A DNA stretch of 38,089 nt from a virus (taxonomy: Duplodnaviria; Caudoviricetes), in IMG/VR virus record IMGVR_UViG_3300033067_000471, positions 1 to 38,089 of that record, one strand, 5' to 3'. A model generated the notes under the pieces. It had not been told where the DNA came from. It was given only the letters and a program-made list of their open reading frames with translations, and searched no databases. Position numbers and translations under genes: made by a program. Positions 1 through 9,956 of this stretch are shown one piece after another (within the stretch, counting starts at the first letter, position 1; every line of letters starts with the position of its first letter).

Positions 1-2874
1 GATAATGTTTTCAGCCTGAGCTTGTACTACTTTTCTCGGTGGAGTTCTTTTAATTAAAGATTTAGCCATACCTTTAACAGCAGAACTAGTTTTTTTCATT
101 AAGAAGTCCATTTGCATACGCAATACTTTTTCGCGTTGGTCGCCATGAACCGCGCGAACTGCGTCTTCTGATAGATCAAATACTGGATATAGGTCTGGAT
201 AACTTCTAGCTATTTCATTTTGAGTTTCATCAAAAATCCATGCACCTTTGTCTGGGTTATCCACAATATCTTTTAACATTTCAAACTCTGAATTATAGCC
301 ATAAACACTAGCTAATCCAGAGATAGGAGTTCCACCTTTTTTCATGTACTGCTTAGGGAATGAATCTCCTAAACCTAATTTTTCAATATCTGCTGAGTTA
401 AATTTACCAAGCATATCTTTGTTTTTAATGTCTTCAATAACTTTGAAAACCATCATGCGATCTGCTTCTTGAGTTTTTTCTTTCTCAATCAATGAACGTA
501 CCTCTTTAAATTCAGAAGACAACTCTTTATTAACCTTTTCAATAGCAGACTTTTCCATAGCATCAGCTACAGACTCGCGAGCTTCAGTTAATTGTTTGTT
601 ATATTTCTCTAACTCTTTACCTTCCATACCAAGTAATTCACCTGATGAGAAGATAGTGTTATCATAATTTTCTCTTAACTCATCCATCTCTTCTTGAGTA
701 GCAAGCATACGATCAAATACACCTCTGATCTCTGGACTTACTTCTGGGTTAGTACGCATACCTTTGTACACAGATAAGAGCCAATTCTTAAAAGATAAAA
801 AAGCTTTTTTAAGAGCCGACGATGGAGCTTTTCCAGTTTGTAAATAATTAACAAAAGCTTCTGTGAATTTCTCGTGTTGGTCGTTAGTTAATTTACCATC
901 TTTAGAACCAACGTATTTTTGTATTAATTGAAAGTCATTCTTAATAGAATCACTCGCATTAGCATCAGCTTGTACTTTCTGCATAATATCTAAAAAGAAA
1001 TGTCCTGACTCATGGACAAAAGTCGAAAAGTCTCTTGCTTGTGATAACTGGATAACTCGGCCTTCTGGAGTGTATGAACCTTGGATATTATCTTTTAACT
1101 TTGAAACAAATCCTTGTTTCTGTGGGCCAGATGCGGCCTTAATAATCTTAGGCGCATACTTCTGATATAGGTCTTCTGCTTTAGTGCCTTCACGAACCGC
1201 TAATTGATTGAAAAATGACGATACGGCTTGAGCATTAGTTCTTGCATCAGTTGGATTATATAAACCAGTATCAACTAATTGTTGAGTTACGTCTTGAGTA
1301 ATTCTGGTTCTTACTTGTTCTTGAGCTACAGCTTCTGAGTTAGCTTGCTCTTGTATTTCTTTTGGAATATCCGCTAAAGCCTCTTTGTCAGCTTTAATAT
1401 CGTTAGCAGACTTTTCCATGCCTTTAGATTTAAAATCGCTAGATAAGGCCTTAATGACTTCGTCAGATACTTTTGACATATCTTGTGGAGTTAATACTAA
1501 ATCAGTTCCAGACTGTTGCGCTAATTCCCATTTCTCTAATATACCAAGGCTTGCAGCAACTTCTGATGGTGACTTAGTTTTATCTTGATTAAATACAGCT
1601 TCATTAAACTTTTCTACGTCAACGTGCAGTTCTTCTAATGGAGTACCTTTGACTTGTTCATTATGAGCTTCAGCATACTTCTCTGGCATACGCTTGTATG
1701 TCTTAGATTCTTTGCGATCTTCGACGTATGAGTTAATGTAATTCTTAAGCGATTCAGCTTTTGATAAGTCTGAAGCTGCTTTAGTAGATGCCTCAATAGA
1801 ATAAGATCCACCAGCAGTTATCCCACCAGCACCAGCTCCAACGATACCAGCATTAACGGCTCTTTGAGCAATGCCTTCTAAAGCTTTATCATTAACACCC
1901 ATACCATAGTCTGTAATATCTTGAGCTACGCTTGTGACAAACTCTTCTAAACCTTCTTCTCCAGCAGTTTTAAAAATATGTTTTAATCCATTTTTAAATA
2001 CTTCTTTAGCTGTTGATTCCCCAAGCTGAGCAACTGTGTTTTTAACCATGTTTTTAAAAGCAGGATTACCAATACCAGAAATAGATTCTATTCCAGTTTC
2101 AATACCTGAAGTAACTACAGCATTGGCGGCAGCTTTATCTAAAGGAACACCAGCTTTAACATTTTGTTCCATCTTTTGACCAGTTCCTGAAGCGCCTAAC
2201 ATAGTTAAGCCCAATGGTCCAGATACTGCTATTAATCCTAATTGCGGAATGTTAGAAGCGATCTGCATAGCTGCAACTCGTGAAGCTTTTTTTAAATTAC
2301 CTTGTCTAGCCTCATCCACTATATCGCCAGACATTTCTTTTGGAGCCATATACTCAGCACCAGTTTGAAGTGATCTAGTTAATGGATTAGAAATAAAAGC
2401 TTGTACTTGTTCTTGTTGTGCAGGATTTTCTATACCCATTAATCTATTAGCCAATGGAGCAATGATAGCAGGAGCTTGAGAAATTCCTTTAACTAATGAT
2501 AAAGTTCCAGAGGCGGCAGATGAAAACAAATCACCTATAAAAGAATGATCGTCAACATTGTCTTCCATTTTTTTTAACGTCTCAAGATCGTCTTTTGAAA
2601 CTGAGGCGTTGTCTGGGTTAGATAGATAACTACTAGTTTTTCTATAGTTTTTAATTAAATTTATGTATTCATTTTCTTGTTCTTTAACTGACGCTTGCTT
2701 AAATGCCTCCTCTTTTACAGGCTCAACAACAGATGGGGCTACTTGTAATTTGTTAGCTACTTTTAATACGTTTGCATATTCGTCTGGCTGACGCTGAGAA
2801 GCTGCATACTGAGAAGCTGCAAATGGATCTTGTGGAGGATTTTCTTTATATAACTCAGTATATTTATTTTGCAT
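1..2874 (-). CDS. Large internal virion/DNA-ejection protein (Bbp10-like large polyvalent protein) with zincin-like HExxH domain; truncated at window edge
   Basis: Not in the ORF track because no stop lies in the window. ATG at 2874 overlaps the upstream gene's end and reads MQNKYTELYKENPPQDPF...; the same frame contains STFVHESGHFFLD...HEKFTEAFVNYLQTGKAPS...FKNWLLSVY (HESGH at 1000-1014), typical of this family. It lies after the tail and internal virion genes. Confidence 0.8.
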   Translation of the reverse strand, partial: MQNKYTELYKENPPQDPFAASQYAASQRQPDEYANVLKVANKLQVAPSVVEPVKEEAFKQASVKEQENEYINLIKNYRKTSSYLSNPDNASVSKDDLETLKKMEDNVDDHSFIGDLFSSAASGTLSLVKGISQAPAIIAPLANRLMGIENPAQQEQVQAFISNPLTRSLQTGAEYMAPKEMSGDIVDEARQGNLKKASRVAAMQIASNIPQLGLIAVSGPLGLTMLGASGTGQKMEQNVKAGVPLDKAAANAVVTSGIETGIESISGIGNPAFKNMVKNTVAQLGESTAKEVFKNGLKHIFKTAGEEGLEEFVTSVAQDITDYGMGVNDKALEGIAQRAVNAGIVGAGAGGITAGGSYSIEASTKAASDLSKAESLKNYINSYVEDRKESKTYKRMPEKYAEAHNEQVKGTPLEELHVDVEKFNEAVFNQDKTKSPSEVAASLGILEKWELAQQSGTDLVLTPQDMSKVSDEVIKALSSDFKSKGMEKSANDIKADKEALADIPKEIQEQANSEAVAQEQVRTRITQDVTQQLVDTGLYNPTDARTNAQAVSSFFNQLAVREGTKAEDLYQKYAPKIIKAASGPQKQGFVSKLKDNIQGSYTPEGRVIQLSQARDFSTFVHESGHFFLDIMQKVQADANASDSIKNDFQLIQKYVGSKDGKLTNDQHEKFTEAFVNYLQTGKAPSSALKKAFLSFKNWLLSVYKGMRTNPEVSPEIRGVFDRMLATQEEMDELRENYDNTIFSSGELLGMEGKELEKYNKQLTEARESVADAMEKSAIEKVNKELSSEFKEVRSLIEKEKTQEADRMMVFKVIEDIKNKDMLGKFNSADIEKLGLGDSFPKQYMKKGGTPISGLASVYGYNSEFEMLKDIVDNPDKGAWIFDETQNEIARSYPDLYPVFDLSEDAVRAVHGDQREKVLRMQMDFLMKKTSSAVKGMAKSLIKRTPPRKVVQAQAENII

Positions 2875-4501
2875 TTTTTTCCTGCATATCGTTATACATT
2901 TTAAGAATAAGAGCTGGAGAACTTGTTAGCTTTAGATAATCAATAGCTGCATTTATCTCCGACAACTCTGATGCTGGTATCTCTTTTATTTTTTGATCTG
3001 GTTTAATATTAAATCCATAATCAGAGCTAAACCAACCAGTCGATTGTTTTAATGCAAGCTTATCAATAATCTTTTGCTTTTCTTCTGTTTTAAGTTTTCG
3101 ACCAATTAATTCTTCTTCTGCTTTGATTTCAGCTTGAGCAGAAGTTCTAAAAGCTCCAATATATTTTTGATTTTTGATACCAAGCTCTTTAGCCTTGTTA
3201 CCAATCATATCTTTTTCTGAACCATACTCACCGATCATTTTTTGATACTTTTCAGAGTTAGCTTTTTTCTCGTCGTTAAGTTCGTATAGTTGAGTTTTAG
3301 TAGTGGTCGATAACTTTGATTCTCTGATTTCGGAATCATCTACTTCAACATTTGGATCAAGAAGTTTATCTCTTAGTGCATTTTTAACTTCTGGATCATC
3401 ACGTTTAGCAAATCCATTCTGAACAAGATCACCGTAATTAGTCCAAGCTTGGCGTTGCGAACTATCGGCATTATTCCAATACTTAGCTACAAAAGCTGGA
3501 TCAGTTACGTTTCCACCATTCTTATCAAGATAATTAGATGCTGATATATCAACTTGTTTTTTACCATTCTCAATTCCATTTTTCTTGTCTTGAAACATAG
3601 CTCCAAATTGAGATCTAGCAAATACACGCGCATCTGCGTTGTCTCCAAATTTTTCTTTAAAATATTTTTCAGCCTGAGATTCATTTAAACCTTTTGCCAA
3701 AGCCTCGTCAGCAGCAGTTAATGCTATTGATCTAGTTGCTCCAGTTTCTAAATCCTTAATAATTCCCTTAGCAGCTTCCTTGTCTATCTGATCTTTAAAA
3801 GTATTGAAGTACTTTTTAGCGTCCATGTCTAAGCCGCGAGATAATAAGTCTTGCAAAACGCCTGAGTGCGTCTGTGTAGATGCCTCTAGCTTTAATAATT
3901 TATCTTGCTCTGATCCTATTCCATAGCCTTCAGAAGTAGCAAGAGTGTCTAGGATAGCATTTTGCTTTCCAAGATTTTCTTGCACCAGCTTTATATCAAT
4001 TCCACCTTGATCTGTAAGGTAGCGATTAATAGTATCTTTTTGAGCTGTTTTAATTCCAGCCATCTTGGTATTTTTTTCCCAAGATTTTAATTCAGAATTG
4101 GTATGATCTTGAACTGATGAATATATTTGTTGCCATCCTTGACTAGCAAGTCCTGCAAACTTTTGCTGTTGTCTTGGATTAAGATTTCCATTGATTTTTT
4201 CAATCTCTTTATCCCAAGCTTCTTGAGCTATGTCTTGTGCTCCAGCAGCATCTTTTCCTTTAACTTGGCGAACTTTATTTAAGATATTATTTTTAGCTTC
4301 TGTTAAAGCATTATCCGCTTCAATAACAGCAGTAGTATCAATACGTTTTTCAATGTCTTGAACTAAACCTTGTGCTGCTTGATAAGCTCCAGCAACAGCA
4401 TCACCACCACCAAAAGCAGATAATGGAGCTTCTTGCGCTACTCTATTTGTAGGTATTCCAACTTCTTGTACGTTGCCTGTGTATTTAGGTATGCTTGGCA
4501 T
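2864..4501 (-). CDS. Internal virion (ejection) protein
   Basis: 545 aa helical protein starting MPSIPKY, placed between the small and large internal virion genes as in T7/BPP-1-like podoviruses. Confidence 0.65.
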   Translation of the reverse strand: MPSIPKYTGNVQEVGIPTNRVAQEAPLSAFGGGDAVAGAYQAAQGLVQDIEKRIDTTAVIEADNALTEAKNNILNKVRQVKGKDAAGAQDIAQEAWDKEIEKINGNLNPRQQQKFAGLASQGWQQIYSSVQDHTNSELKSWEKNTKMAGIKTAQKDTINRYLTDQGGIDIKLVQENLGKQNAILDTLATSEGYGIGSEQDKLLKLEASTQTHSGVLQDLLSRGLDMDAKKYFNTFKDQIDKEAAKGIIKDLETGATRSIALTAADEALAKGLNESQAEKYFKEKFGDNADARVFARSQFGAMFQDKKNGIENGKKQVDISASNYLDKNGGNVTDPAFVAKYWNNADSSQRQAWTNYGDLVQNGFAKRDDPEVKNALRDKLLDPNVEVDDSEIRESKLSTTTKTQLYELNDEKKANSEKYQKMIGEYGSEKDMIGNKAKELGIKNQKYIGAFRTSAQAEIKAEEELIGRKLKTEEKQKIIDKLALKQSTGWFSSDYGFNIKPDQKIKEIPASELSEINAAIDYLKLTSSPALILKMYNDMQEKNAK

Positions 4502-5020
4502 CTAATCTCCCCAATCAGGAAGCTTCATTTTGCTAGTTTTGGTAGAACCCACATTACCTTGTATATACCTAGCCGCATTTAAGCCGCCAGTTAAAATAGT
4601 TCCAGCCTGATTAGTTCTTGCCGAAGCTTGCCCCATTTGCGCTACAATTTTATAATCTTGAGCTTGTTGGTTGAATCCTAATGATTCTCTAAAAGCATTG
4701 TTTTCAATAGTCTGAGCATCTTCATAGCCAAGGTCAAAAGTTTCTTGCTGTAGATCGGCAGCGGTTCCAGAGTTAACATCTATGCCTTGTCCAGCAGCAG
4801 CTACTTTTTGAGATCCAATTAAGCCTTGTACGCCATTTCTATACTTACTTGCAGCCTTAGCTCCTCTTACAAGCGCATCAGCTTCTTGAATTTTAGATCT
4901 GCGAATATTTATATCAGCCATAGCCGAGTTGTAATCAGCTTGAGCGCCCTGTGCGTTTGATTGGCCAACGGCAGATAAAACGCTTAATCCAGCCAAGATA
5001 CCAGTGGAAACTGCTGCCAT
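4502..5020 (-). CDS. Small internal virion protein (T7 gp14-like position)
   Basis: Ala/Gly/Gln-rich with hydrophobic N-terminus and GSQKVAAAGQGIDVNSGTAADL motif; directly after tail tubular B. Confidence 0.7.
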   Translation of the reverse strand: MAAVSTGILAGLSVLSAVGQSNAQGAQADYNSAMADINIRRSKIQEADALVRGAKAASKYRNGVQGLIGSQKVAAAGQGIDVNSGTAADLQQETFDLGYEDAQTIENNAFRESLGFNQQAQDYKIVAQMGQASARTNQAGTILTGGLNAARYIQGNVGSTKTSKMKLPDWGD

Positions 5021-7653
5021 TATCGGCCTCCTGCATATAATCCGCGAGGAATTATTGATAAGATAGACATCGGTTGAGGATCAATTTGTCTTATGAATAC
5101 TCTAGCGTTTTCTTCCCATGTTGCCACAGTACTATGTTTGAATTTTCCCTTAGATAAGTCAATGCCTTCAGTATAGTTTTCAAAATCTCTTTGTTTCATT
5201 TCTGTAAGATTATAAAGAGGGTCTTCATCTGAATTTAAAATATCATCTTCAGGGCACTTTGTTCCAATATACCCACCGCGAGTTTTTTCAACCTGTACAG
5301 TCACTTCAGTAGTTAACAAACTAGCCGCTGCTAATGTTTCACCTTGTACAACATCTATATTTAGCGTTTCAATATCTGAAACAAATGGAAGACCTATGTG
5401 ATAAGTTGTGTACCATTGATTGTTAAAAGTTAATGATCCATTTGTTACTATGTATGTTGTGTAGTTTTCATTCAACGCAGAACCAACTACATATCCATCA
5501 CCGATAACAGAAACTTCTTCGCCTTCTAAATGCCATAAGCCAGTAACCTCATCAACGGCTTCTGCCCATGTTGATATTGCCACCGATCTCATACTTGAAG
5601 GAACTGTTGTTGTCGGTCTACCTGTTGCTACTGTTGGAGATGTGTAGGCATCAATAGTAAATCTAATCAAAGAACCATCAGCTCCAACTAAGTGAATTTG
5701 ATTACCAACTTTTGCAGAAGTAAAATAACTAGCCGACGCTGTTAATGTTAATGTATCAGTGTAAGTCCAGCCAGAGCCACTCAATGTCATAGTCGTCGAG
5801 CCAGTATGTCTGCCATCATAACTCAAAGATGCATCTGTAAAATTATAATCTTTTAGGTCTGAGAAAAATCTATCAGTAAATCTTTCAACATATCTAACAG
5901 TGCGTCCGTTTATAGTTCTTTTAATGCAAAAATAAACATCATTTTTTGATCCATTAGGAACGCTACAAACATTCTCAACTTCTCCACCTTCAAAGTCGTG
6001 GCGAGTCCAAGCAAGCATTTGTTGTTCTTTAATATATGTAAGACTTAATAAAGTTCCATCTGATCTTACAGCCCAAACAATTGAATTAGGAATCTTTTGA
6101 AAAGTCCAGTCTACAATTTCATATCCTTCAAAAAGATGACTTGAAAAATTAGTCAAATCATTTCCTCTATACCCATCAACTTGAAAATCAAAACCTAAAT
6201 CTCTTATAATTGAAGATCCATTTTGCAAATATAAAGCAGAATTATCAATTATGATTGGAGGTGGATTATTAGCAGACCCATTGTAAGAATACTGTTTTAA
6301 ATTAATTTCTGTAGGAGTTAGAACCCCATTTGCATTTCCTTGTGCTACCTTTTCGCCAGTCTCAGTTAATAATATTATGTTTCCCAGATCAATCATATGT
6401 CTTACTGAATTTACCTGATTACCAGATAATGAAAAATCAATAGCGTTGTTGTCCTGTATTGGGAATTCACGTTCAAAATTCTTATATAAACCAGTTTTCG
6501 ATCCCCAAACAGTTTCTGTACTTGTATTAGAATTGGCAAAAAATCTGCGTTGTTGAGAATACAGAACACAAGATGGATAGTTTGGATTAGAAAATAACCC
6601 TCTTGGAGTAAAAGCTGGTGCTGGATCTGAAATATCTGGAGTATATCCTATGTCATTAAAAGATAATGCATTAGTAGTCCCTATAAAACCATATGGGCCC
6701 GATGAATTATCTGATCTATAAATATTGTAATAGCCAGCGCCACTAGCAGCGCCCCATGATGTTTGAATATAATTTGCTACAGTTAATGGACTAACCCCAT
6801 TTGTAATTTGCAAAGTTCCTAAGCCTGTAGACAAGCTCTCTTCAAAAGTTGTGGCACTAACAGCAGTAACTAAATAATAATAGGCAACAGTACCCGCGGC
6901 GCCTACTCTTGTAATTGCTAAAGATGCCTGAGCCACTTGAGTAGGTGTAAAAGATGCATCTGCAATACTCCAGCTGGTATCAGCAGTACGAGAAACTTCG
7001 CGCACTGGATAGCTAGGATGAGCAATCGTAATAACATCAGCAGATTGTGCAAACTTTAGATTAGGCAAATCAGCTTCAGCATAAGTAGTAATTATTTCAT
7101 AAACTTCTTCAAACTGCCCACCAGAAGTATAAGCTGGCAAGCTTGTTGAATTGAAATTAGATCCATCCATATTTAACAGCTGAGCTGTATTAGCACCAGT
7201 ATTTACAGTTCCAATTTTGAAGTTTCTATTATTAAGATAAGTACCTAAAGATCCTGCAAAAGTACTTAGTGCTACTTCGTCGCCAGTAGCTATAGTATCG
7301 GCCCCTGTATAGGTAATAACGGCAGGATTAGCATTAGTTACGCCAGTTATTGCTTGAGCTGTAGTCTTTAATTGTACACCATCTTTGTGTACGCGCATGT
7401 AAAGATTGCCAAACTCTAAAACATAAGTCTGAGAATTGTTAAAAACAAAAGGAATAAATCTAACTGTCTTGGTGGAATCTTTTACTTCTGCAATAAACTC
7501 AGTACCAGATCTGTTCTCAGCTCCACCAGTTTTTTTGATATAAAAATTTCTACATTTTGCAAGTCCTGTAAAATAACGATTGAAATCTGTGCGACCATAC
7601 AAAGAAGGAGAAAGCTCTCCACTAGCCATTGATCTTTGCGCAAGATAAGACAT
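5020..7653 (-). CDS. Tail tubular protein B / nozzle (T7 gp12-like)
   Basis: 877 aa; N-terminal QRSMASGELSPSLYGRTD, YVLEFGNLYMR, AQSADVITIAHP and LAWTRH motifs; FCCH-like insertion ITGVTNANPAVIT. Confidence 0.85.
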   Translation of the reverse strand: MSYLAQRSMASGELSPSLYGRTDFNRYFTGLAKCRNFYIKKTGGAENRSGTEFIAEVKDSTKTVRFIPFVFNNSQTYVLEFGNLYMRVHKDGVQLKTTAQAITGVTNANPAVITYTGADTIATGDEVALSTFAGSLGTYLNNRNFKIGTVNTGANTAQLLNMDGSNFNSTSLPAYTSGGQFEEVYEIITTYAEADLPNLKFAQSADVITIAHPSYPVREVSRTADTSWSIADASFTPTQVAQASLAITRVGAAGTVAYYYLVTAVSATTFEESLSTGLGTLQITNGVSPLTVANYIQTSWGAASGAGYYNIYRSDNSSGPYGFIGTTNALSFNDIGYTPDISDPAPAFTPRGLFSNPNYPSCVLYSQQRRFFANSNTSTETVWGSKTGLYKNFEREFPIQDNNAIDFSLSGNQVNSVRHMIDLGNIILLTETGEKVAQGNANGVLTPTEINLKQYSYNGSANNPPPIIIDNSALYLQNGSSIIRDLGFDFQVDGYRGNDLTNFSSHLFEGYEIVDWTFQKIPNSIVWAVRSDGTLLSLTYIKEQQMLAWTRHDFEGGEVENVCSVPNGSKNDVYFCIKRTINGRTVRYVERFTDRFFSDLKDYNFTDASLSYDGRHTGSTTMTLSGSGWTYTDTLTLTASASYFTSAKVGNQIHLVGADGSLIRFTIDAYTSPTVATGRPTTTVPSSMRSVAISTWAEAVDEVTGLWHLEGEEVSVIGDGYVVGSALNENYTTYIVTNGSLTFNNQWYTTYHIGLPFVSDIETLNIDVVQGETLAAASLLTTEVTVQVEKTRGGYIGTKCPEDDILNSDEDPLYNLTEMKQRDFENYTEGIDLSKGKFKHSTVATWEENARVFIRQIDPQPMSILSIIPRGLYAGGR

Positions 7654-8306
7654 TATTCTCTCGCTCTCGTTAAAGCTGAATCGTTAGTCATTGTCGCTTG
7701 TTCTTCGTTATAACTATTAGCAGCAGCTTTATCTAGCTCTTGATAATACATTTGAAGCGCCATTGCACCCAGTTTATTAGGATCTCCAGAAGTCAAAGAA
7801 GGGGCTATAAAGTTAGCTATTCTATAAGAAAGACATATTGTAAAATCAGGAGGATAAAATGCTCCATCATCATTTAAAAAAGTATATTCTACTTGAGCGT
7901 CATCTAATGAACAGTAAATTAATCTACCCTCATCATCTGCACCTATTTTGTAAGGAACTTTGTTTTGTTCATAAAAACTATTAAGCAAACTCCACCCTTG
8001 AAAAGATGGGACATTGTCTATGAATCCAATTGGAATACCATTTAAAATTCTACGCATCTCTAAACAATCAGAAGGGTAGCGATATGAAAAAGCCCATTCA
8101 ATTGTTGGGTCTTCTTCTACCAATGCCAAGTCAGCAAACTTAGTAGCAAAAGGCCACTTGCGATCTCTTAATACCATTTTTCGAGCTTCAGAGAACCAAA
8201 TTTGAGCAAGTCTTGCTTCTTTTGAATTTTCAGTAAAACTTGCTATTTGTTTATCAACGCCTATATGAGAAAGCGCCATATTAAATATTTGAACATCAGA
8301 AGACAT
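7653..8306 (-). CDS. Tail tubular protein A / adaptor (T7 gp11-like)
   Basis: IFNMALSHIG...WPFATK...W.FSYRYPSDCL motifs; adjacent to tubular B; AGGAGG RBS. Confidence 0.85.
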   Translation of the reverse strand: MSSDVQIFNMALSHIGVDKQIASFTENSKEARLAQIWFSEARKMVLRDRKWPFATKFADLALVEEDPTIEWAFSYRYPSDCLEMRRILNGIPIGFIDNVPSFQGWSLLNSFYEQNKVPYKIGADDEGRLIYCSLDDAQVEYTFLNDDGAFYPPDFTICLSYRIANFIAPSLTSGDPNKLGAMALQMYYQELDKAAANSYNEEQATMTNDSALTRARE

Positions 8307-8317
8307 AAATCCTCCTA

Positions 8318-8749
8318 TTAATCTATTACTATCCCGTATACAAAAACGTCTGCCGTTAATGCACCAGTGTTTCCAGTACTTAAGCTTAAATATAAATTAA
8401 CACTAGATTGAGCATCAGTTCCAACTACAGCCGCTAAAGTCGCGTCTGCTATTTTCCCTGCTCCAGATAAGCCAACCCAAGATTGAGCTGCCGCAACAAC
8501 GGCATTACCGCCTTTACTTGTAGCTGTATAAACTCCACCCAAACAAGCTACACCATAGGCTCCAGTTTTCCTAACAGCTACTATTTTTGTAGCCATCCAG
8601 TTAGTTCCAGAGAACGCTTTAGTAAATGCTTGGTCGGTAGTAATCGCAAAATTTGCTGCCCTAATAACAAATAATAATTGCTGAATATTAACACCATCTG
8701 AAGGCATATTTGGAATATTTCCAACAGTAGAACCTCCAACGTGTATCAT
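8318..8749 (-). CDS. Putative virion structural protein
   Basis: Ala/Gly/Thr-rich beta-type 143 aa protein in the structural operon; ATGA overlap with upstream gene. Confidence 0.55.
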   Translation of the reverse strand: MIHVGGSTVGNIPNMPSDGVNIQQLLFVIRAANFAITTDQAFTKAFSGTNWMATKIVAVRKTGAYGVACLGGVYTATSKGGNAVVAAAQSWVGLSGAGKIADATLAAVVGTDAQSSVNLYLSLSTGNTGALTADVFVYGIVID

Positions 8750-9093
8750 AATCCAACGCCTCTAGAAATATAAACATTTGCAGTACCCGAAACAGCCTTA
8801 GCTGAAAAGTAAACTGTAGCTGTAGCATCTGCTGTAATAATTTCTACACCACCAGCAGGAAGATAATAGTTATATTGACCAGTTGCTCCAGAAGGGGTTG
8901 TATCAGCTTTAGTTTGAGCGTCTGCCGCGCTCGTTGAACTATAGGCATAAAAAACACCAACAGTTCCAGAATTTGCAATTCGATATTGATTCTCTGTCGC
9001 AACATCTCCACTTACCGCTGTTCCTGCTGGAGCAGTAGTAGCAGCAACAACAACAAATGCTTTTCCACATGGGTTAAAGGCTTTTCCTGCCAT
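8746..9093 (-). CDS. Putative virion structural protein
   Basis: Start moved to ATG 9093 (AAGGAG RBS at 9101-9106); Ala/Thr/Gly-rich beta-type sequence. Confidence 0.55.
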   Translation of the reverse strand: MAGKAFNPCGKAFVVVAATTAPAGTAVSGDVATENQYRIANSGTVGVFYAYSSTSAADAQTKADTTPSGATGQYNYYLPAGGVEIITADATATVYFSAKAVSGTANVYISRGVGL

Positions 9094-9106
9094 AATAATT
9101 CTCCTT

Positions 9107-9132
9107 AAAAATAGCCCCACTTAAGGGGCTAT
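9107..9132 (-). terminator. Rho-independent terminator after the capsid gene block
   Basis: Minus strand ATAGCCCC-TTAAGT-GGGGCTAT followed by a T-run. Confidence 0.8.
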
Positions 9133-9136
9133 AAAG

Positions 9137-9463
9137 TTAGATAACTTCTTGCTTAGAATCTGATACTTGGTCTTTGTTCTTTTTCTTTTTGTCTTTTTTT
9201 ACAATAACCACTTCTTCTTCGTCTTCATCAAAATCACCTTCTACAGTGATATTAACTTTTTTCCCGATATATGGTTTCATCCATTTATTAGAAAATTGAT
9301 CTTTGACAGTGAATATTCTTTTATTTCCATCTCGATCAAGACCTTCTTTTTCTTTTAATTCAAAAACAACACCTTCATCAATTCTTCTAAATCCATCGTG
9401 GCCTTTTTTAGTTGCCACGACTTTTAATGATTGTACGTCTAAATTAACTTTAACGTCTTCCAT
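9137..9463 (-). CDS. Hypothetical protein in head module
   Basis: 108 aa, GAGG RBS, FSNKWMK motif and charged tail. Confidence 0.6.
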   Translation of the reverse strand: MEDVKVNLDVQSLKVVATKKGHDGFRRIDEGVVFELKEKEGLDRDGNKRIFTVKDQFSNKWMKPYIGKKVNITVEGDFDEDEEEVVIVKKDKKKKNKDQVSDSKQEVI

Positions 9464-9486
9464 TTTATCCTCTCAAACTATCTCAA

Positions 9487-9930
9487 TTAAGAGATAGTGT
9501 AACCTTTAGGGTAGCTAGCGTATGCATCAATATTTTTAACGATTTGAGCAGTTACTGCGCCAGTAGTTAAGTTTCCATTAGCTACTGTATATTTTAACTG
9601 TGCATATCGTAAACCAAGTGGATACGTCGCGTTTTGATTTGGTTGGATACGAGCAATCAACTTAGATCCAGCAGCAGTTAATGCGCCGAAAACACCAACA
9701 CGCTGAGTTTGGTCAGGCGTAAAAGTTGTTGATGTATCGTATTCAATATCTACAGTTACAGTTGAATCTGAACCAGAGTCTGTAAATGCTGTATCAACAG
9801 TAACAACTAGGTATAGTTCTTCACCTACACCAATGTCTCTTGCTACTGACAAATCAATTGAGCTCGTAGATGCAGCAGTAGCTGTAATAGCCTGTGCATC
9901 TGAAAATAATAATAGTGCGTCTCCGATCAT
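9487..9930 (-). CDS. Capsid cement/decoration protein (Bbp16-like)
   Basis: LLFSDAQAITATAAST..IDL..ARDIGVGE...RYAQLKYTV motifs; immediately downstream of the major capsid gene. Confidence 0.8.
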   Translation of the reverse strand: MIGDALLLFSDAQAITATAASTSSIDLSVARDIGVGEELYLVVTVDTAFTDSGSDSTVTVDIEYDTSTTFTPDQTQRVGVFGALTAAGSKLIARIQPNQNATYPLGLRYAQLKYTVANGNLTTGAVTAQIVKNIDAYASYPKGYTIS

Positions 9931-9956
9931 ATAAATCTCCTTTTATAAATAAGTTA

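Noticed and set aside
258-266. Isolated DnaA box TTATCCACA
   Set aside because: Single copy inside a coding sequence; compatible with chance.
2794-2821. 15-bp-period duplication encoding AASQYAASQ
   Set aside because: Only two copies; an ordinary slippage event.
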